This document shows positions 18,846 through 29,382 of a stretch of DNA of 64,000 nt, in pieces. Each line of letters opens with the position of its first letter. Position 1 is the stretch's first letter. The stretch covers positions 42,652-106,651 of the forward strand of contig CAJLWO010000001.1 in assembly GCA_905210435.1 (NCBI GenBank), read 5' to 3'. The notes below the pieces were generated by a model, which worked only from the letters and a program-made list of their open reading frames with translations, was not told where the DNA came from and did no database searches. Origin of the DNA: an uncultured Bacteroidales bacterium (GTDB taxonomy: Bacteria; Bacteroidota; Bacteroidia; Bacteroidales; Muribaculaceae). Made by a program: the position numbers and the translations under genes.

Positions 18846-20327
18846 ATGTATCTTCTCGGTTACGACGTAGGGTCGTCGTCAGTCAAAGCATCGTTAGTTG
18901 AAGTAGAGTCGGGACGCACTGTCGCCGGCGATTTCTATCCGCGCGCCGAAGCGCCCATCAAGGCGTTGCGCCCGGGGTGGGCCGAGCAGCGGGCCGCCGA
19001 CTGGTGGAGCTACCTCAAGGAGGTCACTGCGTCGGTGCTGTCGCAGTCGAAGGTGAACCCTGCCGACATAAAGGCCATAGGCATATCCTACCAGATGCAT
19101 GGCCTCGTGGCGATAGACCGCGACGGACGCGAGCTGCGCGACGCCATCATCTGGTGCGACTCGCGCGGGGTGCCATACGGCGAAAAGGCGTTTGCCGAAA
19201 TCGGAGCTGACAGATGTCTCGACCGGTTGCTCAATTCGCCCGGCAACTTCACTGCGGCCAAACTGCAATGGGTGAAGGAGAACGAACCCGAAATCTTCGA
19301 AAAAATATACAAAGTGATGCTTCCGGGCGACTATATCGCCTATCGCCTTACCGGCGAGATATGCACCAATCCCGAGGGGTTGTCGGAATATATGCTGTGG
19401 GACTTCAAGGAGAATGCTCCCGCCCGGTTCCTCCTCGACTATTACGGCTACAATCCCGACATACTGCCCGAGGTGAAAGCCACATTCGCACCGCAGGGTA
19501 CGGTGACAGCCGCCGTGGCCGCCGAACTCGGTCTCGCCGAAGGTACGCCGGTGACATACCGTGCGGGCGACCAGCCCAACAACGCGCTGTCGCTCGGTGT
19601 GCTTGAGCCCGGACAGGTGGCGTCGACCGCCGGAACTTCGGGCGTGGTCTACGGCATCAACGGCACGGTCGACTACGACCCGCTGTCGCGTGTCAACAAT
19701 TTCGCCCACGTCAACCATTCCGCCGATCGGACACGCGTGGGTGTGATGACCTGCATCAACGGCACCGGTATACTCAACTCATGGATAAAGCGCAACGTGG
19801 CTCCTGCGGGATGCGGATACGCCAAGATGAACGACCTTGCCGCCGAGGTGCCCGTAGGGAGCGGCGGGGTGACGATACTGCCGTTCGGCAACGGAGCGGA
19901 GCGCGTGCTCCGGAACAAAGAAATCGGCTGCTCGATGCACGGCATCAACTTCAACGTGCATGACCGCCGCCACATCATGCGTGCCGCCCAGGAGGGAATA
20001 GTGTTCTCGTTTATGTACGGCATGGAGATAATGCAGGAGATAGGCATGAAAATCGACTGCATATCGGCCGGAAAAGCCAATATGTTCCTTTCTCCGATAT
20101 TCCGCGATACGCTCGCGTCGGTGTCGGGCGCTACAATCCGCCTGTATGAGACCGACGGCTCGGTGGGCGCCGCCCGCGGTGCAGGCATCGGAGCAGGCAT
20201 ATACAGGAATGCGGCCGAAGCATTCGAATCGCTGCAGCTCATCGGCGAGATTGCTCCCGCCGCCGACCGCACCCCCTACCTCGAGGCCTATGCCCGCTGG
20301 AAATCGGTGCTTGGGACAATGTTGTAG
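18846..20327 (+). CDS. xylB: Xylulokinase (FGGY carbohydrate kinase)
   Basis: MYLLGYDVGSSSVKASL N-terminus and FGGY motifs; first gene of xylB-xylA-transporter cluster. Confidence 0.85.
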   Translation: MYLLGYDVGSSSVKASLVEVESGRTVAGDFYPRAEAPIKALRPGWAEQRAADWWSYLKEVTASVLSQSKVNPADIKAIGISYQMHGLVAIDRDGRELRDAIIWCDSRGVPYGEKAFAEIGADRCLDRLLNSPGNFTAAKLQWVKENEPEIFEKIYKVMLPGDYIAYRLTGEICTNPEGLSEYMLWDFKENAPARFLLDYYGYNPDILPEVKATFAPQGTVTAAVAAELGLAEGTPVTYRAGDQPNNALSLGVLEPGQVASTAGTSGVVYGINGTVDYDPLSRVNNFAHVNHSADRTRVGVMTCINGTGILNSWIKRNVAPAGCGYAKMNDLAAEVPVGSGGVTILPFGNGAERVLRNKEIGCSMHGINFNVHDRRHIMRAAQEGIVFSFMYGMEIMQEIGMKIDCISAGKANMFLSPIFRDTLASVSGATIRLYETDGSVGAARGAGIGAGIYRNAAEAFESLQLIGEIAPAADRTPYLEAYARWKSVLGTML

Positions 20328-20493
20328 TTAAACAGGAGCACAATAGCTATGGCAGGAGCACAAAAATAATTTTGTCCTTTTGTTAAATCTTTTGTTCTCC
20401 TGTTTGAAATGTCCATCCGGACGCGGACGCGATGAATCGCGTCCCTACAAAATAAATAAACATAATAATCAACAACATAAACACTTTTATATT

Positions 20494-21813
20494 ATGGCTA
20501 CAAAAGAGTATTTTCCCGGGATAGGAAAAATTAAATTTGAAGGAACAGAGTCTTACAACCCCATGGCTTACCGCTACTACGACGCTGACCGCGTGGTGCT
20601 CGGCAAACCGATGAAAGAATGGCTTAAATTCGCCATGGCATGGTGGCATACACTTTGCGCCGAGGGTGCCGACCAGTTCGGCGGCGGCACAAAGAAATTC
20701 CCCTGGAACGAGGGTACGACCGATGCCGTAGAGCTTGCAAAACAGAAAGTTGACGCAGGCTTCGAGTTCATGACCAAGATGGGTATCGAATATTTCTGCT
20801 TCCACGATGTCGACCTCGTAAGCGAGGGCAACTCAATCGAGGAGTATGAAGCCAACCTCAAAGCCGTTGTGGCCTATATCAAGGAGAAGATGGCCGAGAC
20901 AGGCATAAAGAACCTGTGGGGCACAGCCAATGTGTTCGGCCACGCACGCTATATGAACGGCGCCGCCACCAACCCCGACTTCGACGTCGTGGCCCGCGCA
21001 TGCGTCCAGATCAAGAACGCTATCGACGCCACTATCGAACTCGGCGGTACTAATTATGTGTTCTGGGGCGGCCGTGAAGGCTACATGAGCCTGCTCAACA
21101 CCGACCAGAAACGTGAGAAAGAGCATCTCGCAACAATGCTCACAATGGCACGCGACTATGCCCGTGCAAAAGGATTCAAGGGCACATTCCTCATCGAACC
21201 GAAACCGATGGAACCGTCGAAGCATCAGTATGACGTTGACACCGAGACTGTAATCGGATTCCTCAAAGCCCACGGACTCGACAAGGATTTCAAGGTGAAC
21301 ATCGAGGTGAACCACGCCACTCTCGCCGGCCACACTTTCGAGCATGAACTCGCAGTAGCCGTTGACAACGGCATGCTCGGCTCTATCGACGCCAACCGCG
21401 GCGACTACCAGAACGGCTGGGATACCGACCAGTTCCCCATCGACAACTACGAGCTCACCCAGGCCATGATGCAGATTATCCGCAACGGCGGTCTCGGCAA
21501 CGGCGGCTGCAACTTCGACGCCAAGACACGCCGCAACTCGACCGACCTCGAGGATATTTTCATTGCCCATATCGCCGGCATGGACGCCATGGCACGCGCG
21601 CTTCTCTCGGCTGCCGACGTGCTCGAGAAATCGCCCTACAAGAAGATGCTCGCCGACCGCTACGCATCATTCGACGCAGGCGAAGGCAAGGCATTCGAAG
21701 AGGGCAAACTCTCGCTCGAGGATGTAGTGGCCTATGCCAAGAAAAACGGCGAGCCGAAGCAGACCTCAGGCAAGCAGGAACTCTACGAAGCCATCGTCAA
21801 CATGTATGTATAA
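20494..21813 (+). CDS. xylA: Xylose isomerase
   Basis: [17 protein letters not shown]...FHD...WGGREGY... classic XylA; ORF opens at 20380 but conserved start MATKEYF at 20494 (439 aa). Confidence 0.9.
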   Translation: MATKEYFPGIGKIKFEGTESYNPMAYRYYDADRVVLGKPMKEWLKFAMAWWHTLCAEGADQFGGGTKKFPWNEGTTDAVELAKQKVDAGFEFMTKMGIEYFCFHDVDLVSEGNSIEEYEANLKAVVAYIKEKMAETGIKNLWGTANVFGHARYMNGAATNPDFDVVARACVQIKNAIDATIELGGTNYVFWGGREGYMSLLNTDQKREKEHLATMLTMARDYARAKGFKGTFLIEPKPMEPSKHQYDVDTETVIGFLKAHGLDKDFKVNIEVNHATLAGHTFEHELAVAVDNGMLGSIDANRGDYQNGWDTDQFPIDNYELTQAMMQIIRNGGLGNGGCNFDAKTRRNSTDLEDIFIAHIAGMDAMARALLSAADVLEKSPYKKMLADRYASFDAGEGKAFEEGKLSLEDVVAYAKKNGEPKQTSGKQELYEAIVNMYV

Positions 21814-21845
21814 TCCGTCATTGTAAAAACATGAAATGACGATAT

Positions 21846-21924
21846 AACGCGGTTAAAAACCGCGTCTACTACCTGCTTGACAATCGGTCGATGACGATTA
21901 GTAGACGCGGTTTGAAACCGCGTT
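21846..21924. promoter_or_regulatory. Large dyad symmetry (26-bp arms, about 27-bp spacer) between xylA and the sugar porter gene
   Basis: aacgcggttaaaaaccgcgtctacta ... tagtagacgcggtttgaaaccgcgtt; arms nearly perfect reverse complements; each arm also contains a small hairpin (gcggtt-aaa-aaccgc). Confidence 0.5.
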
Positions 21925-21944
21925 ATGAATTAAATAAATATACC

Positions 21945-23429
21945 ATGAGCAAATATATGAATTTACCACAGAAGGGGTCGATGGGCTATCTCTACGGCAT
22001 CGTGGCCGTGGCGGTGCTCGGAGGCTTGCTTTTCGGATATGATACAGCCGTCATTTCCGGAGCGGAAAAGGGATTGCAGGCATTCTTCTCGGGTGCCTCT
22101 GACTTCACCTATACCGACACAATGCACGGCATAACATCTTCGAGCGCGCTGATAGGCTGTATCATAGGCTCGGTGCTGTCGGGCTTCTTCGCGTCGCGTT
22201 TCGGCCGCAAGCGTTCGCTGCTTATCGCCGGCGTGTTCTTCTTCGTGTCGGCATTGGGAAGTTATTGCCCCGAATTCCTCTTCTTCGAGCATGGCAACCC
22301 GTCGCTCAGCCTTCTCTACATGTTTAATTTCTACCGCATCATCGGCGGTATCGGTGTCGGACTCGCTTCGGCCGTATGCCCGATGTATATCGCCGAAGTG
22401 GCTCCCGCCGACAAACGAGGAGCTTTGGTGTCGTGGAACCAGTTTGCCATCATCTTCGGACAGCTTGTTGTCTACGTAGTCAACACGCTGATACTCGGCG
22501 ACCACCTTCAGCCCACAGTCGAACAGATAGCACATCTGTCGTTCCCCGCCGAAGCACAGTGGACGGTCGAGACCGGCTGGCGCTATATGTTCGGAAGCGA
22601 GGCCTTCGTGGCCGGCGCGTTCATCATCCTTGTATGCTTCGTACCGATGTCGCCCCGTTTCCTCGCCATGAAGGGGCGCGACGAGCAGGCGCTTTATGTG
22701 CTTGCCCGCATCAACGGTGTGGCCAAAGCGCGTGAGATACTTTCCGACATAAAGGCTACCACAAGTGTGAAAAACGAGCGTCTGTTCTCGTTCGGCATCA
22801 TGGTGGTGTTCGTCGGCATCATGCTTTCAGTGTTCCAGCAGGCCATCGGCATCAATGCAGTGCTCTACTACGCACCGCGCATATTCGAGTCGATGGGCAT
22901 GGGCAACCCGATGGTGCAGACCGTCATAATGGGCGTGATCAATATCGCGTTCACCGTGCTCGCCATCTTCACCGTAGAGCGCTGGGGACGCAAACCGCTG
23001 CTCATCACCGGTTCGATAGGTATGGCTGTCGGCGCTTTCGGCGTGGCACTGCCTAATCTTGTAGCGCTTCCCCCCGTGGTTTCGGTTGCCGCCATCATGA
23101 TTTATTCGGCATGCTTCATGTTCTCATGGGGTCCGATATGCTGGGTACTCATTTCCGAGATATTCCCCAACACCATCCGCAGCGCGGCCATCGCCATCGC
23201 AGTGGCCTTCCAGTGGATATTCAACTTCATCGTGTCATCGACATTCATCCCGATGTACAACATGAAAGTGGGCGGAATGGACAACTTCGGCCACGTGTTC
23301 ACCTACGCCCTCTACGGCGTAATCTGTATCCTCGCCGCATGGTTCGTGCTCAAACTCGTGCCCGAAACCAAAGGCAAGACCCTCGAGCAGATGACCGGCT
23401 ACTGGCGCAACCGCCGCAACAAGGCATGA
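21945..23429 (+). CDS. Sugar porter family MFS transporter (D-xylose:H+ symporter-like)
   Basis: LFGYDTAVISGA, PESPRF-like and PETKG motifs of sugar porter family; position after xylB-xylA; start among Met codons 21891-21957. Confidence 0.8.
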   Translation: MSKYMNLPQKGSMGYLYGIVAVAVLGGLLFGYDTAVISGAEKGLQAFFSGASDFTYTDTMHGITSSSALIGCIIGSVLSGFFASRFGRKRSLLIAGVFFFVSALGSYCPEFLFFEHGNPSLSLLYMFNFYRIIGGIGVGLASAVCPMYIAEVAPADKRGALVSWNQFAIIFGQLVVYVVNTLILGDHLQPTVEQIAHLSFPAEAQWTVETGWRYMFGSEAFVAGAFIILVCFVPMSPRFLAMKGRDEQALYVLARINGVAKAREILSDIKATTSVKNERLFSFGIMVVFVGIMLSVFQQAIGINAVLYYAPRIFESMGMGNPMVQTVIMGVINIAFTVLAIFTVERWGRKPLLITGSIGMAVGAFGVALPNLVALPPVVSVAAIMIYSACFMFSWGPICWVLISEIFPNTIRSAAIAIAVAFQWIFNFIVSSTFIPMYNMKVGGMDNFGHVFTYALYGVICILAAWFVLKLVPETKGKTLEQMTGYWRNRRNKA

Positions 23430-23560
23430 TGCCGGCAATCAACGGTTGATAAAACCAGTTTTTCCGACATCAATTTTTATCGCACAACCTGCCGTAGAGA
23501 GTGTTGCAGGCTCATAATATATTGTAAATACTACATATATTGTAAATACTACCCGTCAGC

Positions 23561-23600
23561 TTGAGGGTGTATCAAAATTAGATTTTATCAGCCTGCATAA
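23561..23600. repeat. Short intergenic repeat family 2, copy 2
   Basis: cttgagggtgtatcaaaattagattttatcagcctgc matches 2847-2893; with acgccctcaa at 23625 it can form a long-loop hairpin; preceded by tandem atatattgtaaatactac x2 (23516-23551). Confidence 0.55.
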
Positions 23601-23765
23601 GGTCTAGTTTTGCAACGCCCTCAATACCAAACTAAAACTTTGACATACACCGAAAATTCGGCATGCGCCCTAAAATAACCTGCACATATTGAACTGCACC
23701 CCAAAAGTTAGACAAAAAACTTTAGGGGTGCAGTTAATTTTGCAACAGCCACTTTTTTTGGGGCT

Positions 23766-24341
23766 TTAGAAATAAAAATTCATTGATTTGGGGTAGAAAA
23801 GCATGCCGGAGCCTATCTGCTGGGCTATGCTTTCGCCCATCGAGCCGGCGACTATGGCGAGTGCGAAGCGCAGGGCCGAGGCGGGTCCGTTGGCCGTTAT
23901 GAGATTGTCAAGCGCGATTACCGGGGCGTCGCGCCACATCGCCTTGGGGACTGATGCCTGTGTGCCGGGGTATCCTGTGCATTCCCGTCCGTCAAGGAGC
24001 CCGAGAGAACCGAGAACGACAGCCGGCGCGGCGCATATCGCGGCTATTTTACCGCCTTTGGCAGCATGCTCCTTAAGCAGTGTGCCGAGAGGCGCATATT
24101 GCGCGAGATTGCTCGACCCGGGCATTCCGCCTGGGGTTATGAGCCATTCGATATTGTCAAACCGAGCTTTTGAAAATAGCAAATCTGCTTCGACAATGAT
24201 GCCATTAGCTCCCGTGACTTTATGTTCGGGAATAATGGATACCGTCTTGATGTCCATGCCTGCACGACGCATTACATCGACTACTGTAAGGGCTTCTATT
24301 TCTTCGAAGCCCGGAGCCAGAAATAAAAATGAGCGATTCAT
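23766..24341 (-). CDS. DJ-1/PfpI family protein
   Basis: 191 aa; conserved ...AICAAP... nucleophile-elbow region of DJ-1/ThiJ fold. Confidence 0.75.
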   Translation of the reverse strand: MNRSFLFLAPGFEEIEALTVVDVMRRAGMDIKTVSIIPEHKVTGANGIIVEADLLFSKARFDNIEWLITPGGMPGSSNLAQYAPLGTLLKEHAAKGGKIAAICAAPAVVLGSLGLLDGRECTGYPGTQASVPKAMWRDAPVIALDNLITANGPASALRFALAIVAGSMGESIAQQIGSGMLFYPKSMNFYF

Positions 24342-24434
24342 AATAGATAGGTTTAGTGTGAGTTTATTGTGTTAAAACAAAGGTATAAAATTTTTGTTTT
24401 AAAAAAAATGTTTACTTTTGAAAAAAATCATTTT

Positions 24435-25457
24435 ATGCTGAAAAATATGTTGAAAATATTGCAGGCAGTGGCATTAATACTGATGGCCGCCGGATGCAGC
24501 ACCCCGCAGAAACACAATGCGTACACCACGATAGAAGGGAGCGTATGGCACACGACCATGCGTATCACCTACGGCTCTGAACGCGACCTGAAGGACTCGG
24601 TGATAGCTGTCACCAACCGCGTGGAGGCCTCGCTGTCGCCGTTCCTCCCCGATTCGAGAATATCGCTAATAAACCGCAACGAGGATATGACGACCGACGG
24701 ATATATCGAAAGGGTGTTCGCCGAGTCGCAACGCGTCAATGCCGCGTCGGGCGGTGCGTTTGACCCCACGGTGGCGCCGCTTGTCAATCTGTGGGGGTTC
24801 GGTTACGAGGGCTCCGACGGCGAGCCCACACGCGAACAGACCGACAGTTGCCTGGCGCTCGTCGGAATAGCCGATTGCCGCACCGAAGGGGGCGTGATGG
24901 TCAAGAAAGCTCCGGGAACCCAGTTTAATTTCTCGGCTATCACCAAGGGCTTCGGCATCGACTGCGTAGCCGAAATGCTCCGCAACGAGGGTATAGAGAA
25001 CTATATGGTAGAAATAGGGGGCGAAATGGCGCTCAGGGGGAGGAACCGCAACGGCGAGAAATGGCACATACAGATTGACGCGCCTGTACTCGACAACACC
25101 GAGCATGAACGGCTGGTGATGATAGAGGTGACCGACTGCTGCATAGCCACTTCGGGCAATTACCGCAACTACCGCGCCACGAGCGGCGGACGCGTGGGAC
25201 ACACCATCTCGCCCGTGACGGGAATGCCCTATGCCAACGACGTGATGTCGGCCACCGTGATAGCATCCTCGACCATGACGGCCGACGCGCTTGCCACAGC
25301 ACTCATGGCTATGGATGCCCGCGCAGGGCTGACGATGATTGAAGGGATGGAGGATGTTGAAGCGTTGCTCGTAATCGCCGACGGAGAGGGATGGCGCCTG
25401 ATGAAAACGCCCGGATTTCCTTTAAGAGAGCCAAGCTGTGAGCCCGAACGGAGATAA
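24435..25457 (+). CDS. apbE: FAD:protein FMN transferase (ApbE family lipoprotein)
   Basis: Lipoprotein signal (LILMAAGCS), ApbE motifs (GGAFDPTV, AITKGFGID, IGGEM). Confidence 0.75.
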   Translation: MLKNMLKILQAVALILMAAGCSTPQKHNAYTTIEGSVWHTTMRITYGSERDLKDSVIAVTNRVEASLSPFLPDSRISLINRNEDMTTDGYIERVFAESQRVNAASGGAFDPTVAPLVNLWGFGYEGSDGEPTREQTDSCLALVGIADCRTEGGVMVKKAPGTQFNFSAITKGFGIDCVAEMLRNEGIENYMVEIGGEMALRGRNRNGEKWHIQIDAPVLDNTEHERLVMIEVTDCCIATSGNYRNYRATSGGRVGHTISPVTGMPYANDVMSATVIASSTMTADALATALMAMDARAGLTMIEGMEDVEALLVIADGEGWRLMKTPGFPLREPSCEPERR

Positions 25458-25560
25458 TGCAGACAAAAATGTATATTGACAGACCGTGCGTCCCTACATT
25501 GTCGGCCAAAATTTCGCAGTTTTGCAACACCTTCATATAAAAGTATATATAAAAGAAAAA

Positions 25561-25628
25561 TCGGCTGTCATCCCGACATCCGATAAATCTTTAACCTTAA
25601 ATCTAATACCATGAAAAACACAGTGCAA
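25561..25628 (+). repeat. Intergenic repeat family 3 (about 70-80 bp), copy 1, upstream of response-regulator gene
   Basis: gtcatcccgac...aatcttt-aaccttaaatctaataccatgaaaaacaca; near-identical inverted copy at 42611-42680. Confidence 0.65.
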
Positions 25629-25761
25629 ATATAGTAATTATGACATTATAACAATACGCACGGTATAGTGTTTGGGAAAACATTTATATTTAACATATAT
25701 TAACAATGCCGATTGTAGGAAATTTGCTATCTTCGTAAACACCAACAAGAAAAACATTTTT

Positions 25762-26472
25762 ATGCGCGTAAAGATATTAGTAGTAGATGACGAAGAGTCA
25801 TTTTGCGAGGTTCTTAAATTCAATCTTGAAAAAGAGGGATATGAAGTGACAACTGCCAACAGCGCCGAAGAAGCGCTCGGCCTCGACCTGCCGGCATTCT
25901 CACTTATGATAGTGGACATCATGATGGACAGGCTCAGCGGATTTGATTTCGCCAAACGCCTGCAGAACAGTTCGTCGACAGAAAACATACCCATCATATT
26001 CTGCTCGGCGCTCAACGGCGAGGACGATACCGTGATGGGGCTCAACATAGGAGCCGATGACTATATCACCAAACCGTTCAAGATAAGCGAGGTGATAGCC
26101 CGCGTCAGGGCCGTGCTCCGCCGCAGCAATGTTGCGCAGCAGCTTAACTACAATGTGTCGAAAAGCATCTATGAGCCCGACATCACGTTCCACGGACTAC
26201 GCATAGACCGCAACGAGAAGCAATGCTATATCGACGGCGAGGCACTTGAGCTTACCCCCACGGAGTTCGGCCTCATACTGTATTTCCTTACCCACCGCAA
26301 CCGCATATACTCCCGCGAGGAAATCATACGTCAGGTGTGGGACGGCCAGGAGGTGACGACACGCACGGTCGACACCAACATGGCGCGCCTGCGCAAGAAA
26401 CTGGGTAAATACGGCAACCACATACGTACAAAACCCGGATTTGGATATGGATTTAAAGAAGAAGAAGATTAA
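25762..26472 (+). CDS. OmpR-family two-component response regulator (RprY-like)
   Basis: MRVKILVVDDEES...receiver domain with D residues; C-terminal winged-helix (trans_reg_C); 236 aa. Confidence 0.8.
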   Translation: MRVKILVVDDEESFCEVLKFNLEKEGYEVTTANSAEEALGLDLPAFSLMIVDIMMDRLSGFDFAKRLQNSSSTENIPIIFCSALNGEDDTVMGLNIGADDYITKPFKISEVIARVRAVLRRSNVAQQLNYNVSKSIYEPDITFHGLRIDRNEKQCYIDGEALELTPTEFGLILYFLTHRNRIYSREEIIRQVWDGQEVTTRTVDTNMARLRKKLGKYGNHIRTKPGFGYGFKEEED

Positions 26473-27949
26473 CTACCAGCTGAAGCTGTTTCTGCCGATA
26501 GTCGGATTGCTGTGGGTAATCATCATTGCGGTGGAGGTGTCGCAGTACAACCGCGAAAAAGAATACCGCGCCCAGATGATACGCTCCCGCATCGAGTTCA
26601 TGAACCAGCGGTTGCTCAGTCTTATGGAAGAGGGAGTGGACCCGTCGGCATTTTTACATTTTGTCGACAAATACTACAAGGCATCGGAACTCGACAACCT
26701 GTCGATGACACTCTATGACACGAAGACAGGCAAGGAAAAGGTACGTATCGGCTTCCCCACCCCGCTTCCGGAGCAGATGAGCACCCGCGGCAAGACAGAC
26801 GGAGCGTTCATAGTTGCCAACAACAATGACGACTCGACCTACATTCAGCCCGACAAAGCATTTTATTACAGTGTGAACAAATCGTCGGACGGAAGCCTCC
26901 TGGTACAGACGTTCATGCCTCTCAATTCCAAAATAGCGGCTGAAATCAAGGGCAATCCGTGGCTGCGGTTCTTCATGTTGCTCGGCTGCGCCGGCATCAC
27001 TATCGTGACCTATATAGCCACACGCCATCTGACCAAGAATATCCGCCTGCTGCGCGAATTTGTGTCGAACGCATCCAACGACCATGATTTCGTGGCTATT
27101 GACAAATTCGCCAACGATGACCTCGGCGAAATATCGCGGCAGGTAGTGAATATGTACAACATGCGCAAGGCCGCGCTGGCTTCGCGCGAACTCGAGCACA
27201 GGGTGGCGCTTAAAGCCACCGAAGAGCGTTCGAACCTCAAGCGGCAGATGACCAACAATATAAACCACGAGCTGAAGACGCCCGCCGGAATCATAAAGGG
27301 ATATATCGACACCATCATAGACAATCCGGATATGGACGACGAGTCGCGCAACCACTTCCTGCAAAAGACACAGGAGCACATCGAGCGGCTATGCAACATA
27401 CTCAACGACCTGTCGACCATGACGCGCCTTGAGGACGGAGCACAGAACATCTCGCTGGAAAGGATAGAATTCAAAGAATTTGTCGACAACATCAGGAATG
27501 ATGTAGAGGAAAGCGGCATCAACGGCGACATGACACTGACCGTCGATGTACCCGACAACTGCTATGTAAAGGGCAACAACTCGTTGCTGACAGGCGCCAT
27601 AATGAACCTGGTGAAGAATGCGGTGGCTTACTCCAAAGGCACGGAGATGAAGCTGAAACTGCTTACGGAGAATCAACGGTTCTATACATTCGTGTTCGCC
27701 GACAACGGTCAGGGCGTGCCTCCGGAGTCGATACCGATGCTGTTCGAGCGCTTCTACCGCGTGGACAAAGGCCGTTCGCGCAAGGCGGGAGGAACCGGAC
27801 TCGGGCTTCCGATTGTGCGCAGTTCGCTCAACACCATAGGCGGCTCGATATCTGTTAACAACGGCGAAGAGGGTGGTCTGGAATTTATATTCACTTTGCA
27901 GAAATGGCGCACGAAACCGCCAGTGAACAATGAGGAAAAGAACGCTTGA
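26441..27949 (+). CDS. Sensor histidine kinase (RprX-like), two TM segments
   Basis: HisKA H-box NHELKTPAGIIKGYIDTI and HATPase_c G-boxes (DNGQGVP, GGTGLGL); overlaps regulator gene by 32 nt. Confidence 0.8.
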   Translation: MDMDLKKKKINYQLKLFLPIVGLLWVIIIAVEVSQYNREKEYRAQMIRSRIEFMNQRLLSLMEEGVDPSAFLHFVDKYYKASELDNLSMTLYDTKTGKEKVRIGFPTPLPEQMSTRGKTDGAFIVANNNDDSTYIQPDKAFYYSVNKSSDGSLLVQTFMPLNSKIAAEIKGNPWLRFFMLLGCAGITIVTYIATRHLTKNIRLLREFVSNASNDHDFVAIDKFANDDLGEISRQVVNMYNMRKAALASRELEHRVALKATEERSNLKRQMTNNINHELKTPAGIIKGYIDTIIDNPDMDDESRNHFLQKTQEHIERLCNILNDLSTMTRLEDGAQNISLERIEFKEFVDNIRNDVEESGINGDMTLTVDVPDNCYVKGNNSLLTGAIMNLVKNAVAYSKGTEMKLKLLTENQRFYTFVFADNGQGVPPESIPMLFERFYRVDKGRSRKAGGTGLGLPIVRSSLNTIGGSISVNNGEEGGLEFIFTLQKWRTKPPVNNEEKNA

Positions 27950-29375
27950 CAAAGGTTTCACGGCCTCGATTGAAGCGCTGCGCAGCCGACCGTGCGGCGA
28001 AGTGCTCGACGGCCTCGTGACTTCGCTTGAGAATGATGAGCCTACGGTGGCGATAAGGATAAACACGCGTAAAGCCGACGCGCTCCCGCTGCGCCCCGTG
28101 CCCTGGAGCCTTGGCGGATATTATATCGACGGGGAGCGTCCGCGCTTCACGTTTGACCCGGCGCTCCATCAGGGGCTGTATTATGTGCAGGACCCGTCGT
28201 CGATGGTCATCGGACGCATTGCCGGCGCGTTGTCGTCAGCCGCGTTTGGCGGCGAGCCAATCATATATATCGACGCGTGCGCCGCCCCCGGTGGCAAGAC
28301 CACGGCGGCAATCAACGCGCTTCCCGACGGGTCGCTCGTCATCGCCAACGAGTTTGACCGCCGCCGTGCCGAAGTGCTCGTGGAGAATATTGTGAAATGG
28401 GGCTACCCCGACGTGGTTGTCACGCAGGGCGACTCGGCGAAGTTCGCCGGCCTCGGACCGGTTGCCGACATCGTGGCGGCCGACGTGCCCTGCTCCGGCG
28501 AGGGTATGATGCGCAAGGAGGATGCGGCAATAGAGCAATGGTCAGCGGGACTTGTGGCGCAATGCGCCGCGCTCCAGCGCACCATTATCGACAATATGTG
28601 GAAAGCACTCCGTCCGGGAGGATTTTTCATATACTCGACATGCACCTTCAATCACTCCGAGAATGAGGAGAACCTCGCATATATCGTGGAGGAGCTTGGC
28701 GGAATACCGCAGGAACTCCGACAGATGACAGGCGGATGCGGGCTGATTGCCGGAGCAATCGACTCGCCGTATCCCGCGGCACGGTTCATCCCGGGACGCA
28801 CCGAGGGGGAAGGGCTCTTCGTGGCCGTGGTGCGGAAGCCGCTTGCCGACACCGGCGGCACGCCTGACACGCCGAAAGGAAAGCATAAGGATGTACGCAC
28901 GCCGAAGGGCAAGACAGCCGCCAAACCGTCCGCAGTGCCTCCGGAGATAAAGTCGTGGACAAATGCCGATGGCTACACGCTCGCCGTCGACGGAGACAGA
29001 ATAACGGCGTTGCCCGAGGCCCGGCTTCCGCTTATATCCGACATCAGGAAGAAGCTCAACGTGATTTATGCGGGCACGGAGGTGGCCGTCATGAAAGGAC
29101 GCGAATACATCCCCTCGCAGGCGCTTGCATTAAGCGCGATTGCGGCTCCCGGGACATTTCCAGAAGCGGAGGTCGATTATGCCACGGCGATGCAGTATCT
29201 GGGACGTCAGGCCGTGACACTCGATGACGCGCCGAAAGGGATAGTGCTGCTCACATACCGCCACCGTCCGCTCGGATTCGTCAAAAACCTCGGCAACCGC
29301 GCCAACAACCTTTATCCGCAGGGATGGGCCATACGCTCGACACACGTGCCCGACAACGCCCCGGATTTAATATAA
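27930..29375 (+). CDS. RsmB/RsmF (NOL1/NOP2/Sun) family rRNA cytosine-C5 methyltransferase
   Basis: SAM-binding DACAAPGGKT and catalytic DVPCSGEGMMRK motifs. Confidence 0.75.
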   Translation: MRKRTLDKGFTASIEALRSRPCGEVLDGLVTSLENDEPTVAIRINTRKADALPLRPVPWSLGGYYIDGERPRFTFDPALHQGLYYVQDPSSMVIGRIAGALSSAAFGGEPIIYIDACAAPGGKTTAAINALPDGSLVIANEFDRRRAEVLVENIVKWGYPDVVVTQGDSAKFAGLGPVADIVAADVPCSGEGMMRKEDAAIEQWSAGLVAQCAALQRTIIDNMWKALRPGGFFIYSTCTFNHSENEENLAYIVEELGGIPQELRQMTGGCGLIAGAIDSPYPAARFIPGRTEGEGLFVAVVRKPLADTGGTPDTPKGKHKDVRTPKGKTAAKPSAVPPEIKSWTNADGYTLAVDGDRITALPEARLPLISDIRKKLNVIYAGTEVAVMKGREYIPSQALALSAIAAPGTFPEAEVDYATAMQYLGRQAVTLDDAPKGIVLLTYRHRPLGFVKNLGNRANNLYPQGWAIRSTHVPDNAPDLI

Positions 29376-29382
29376 TAATCTT

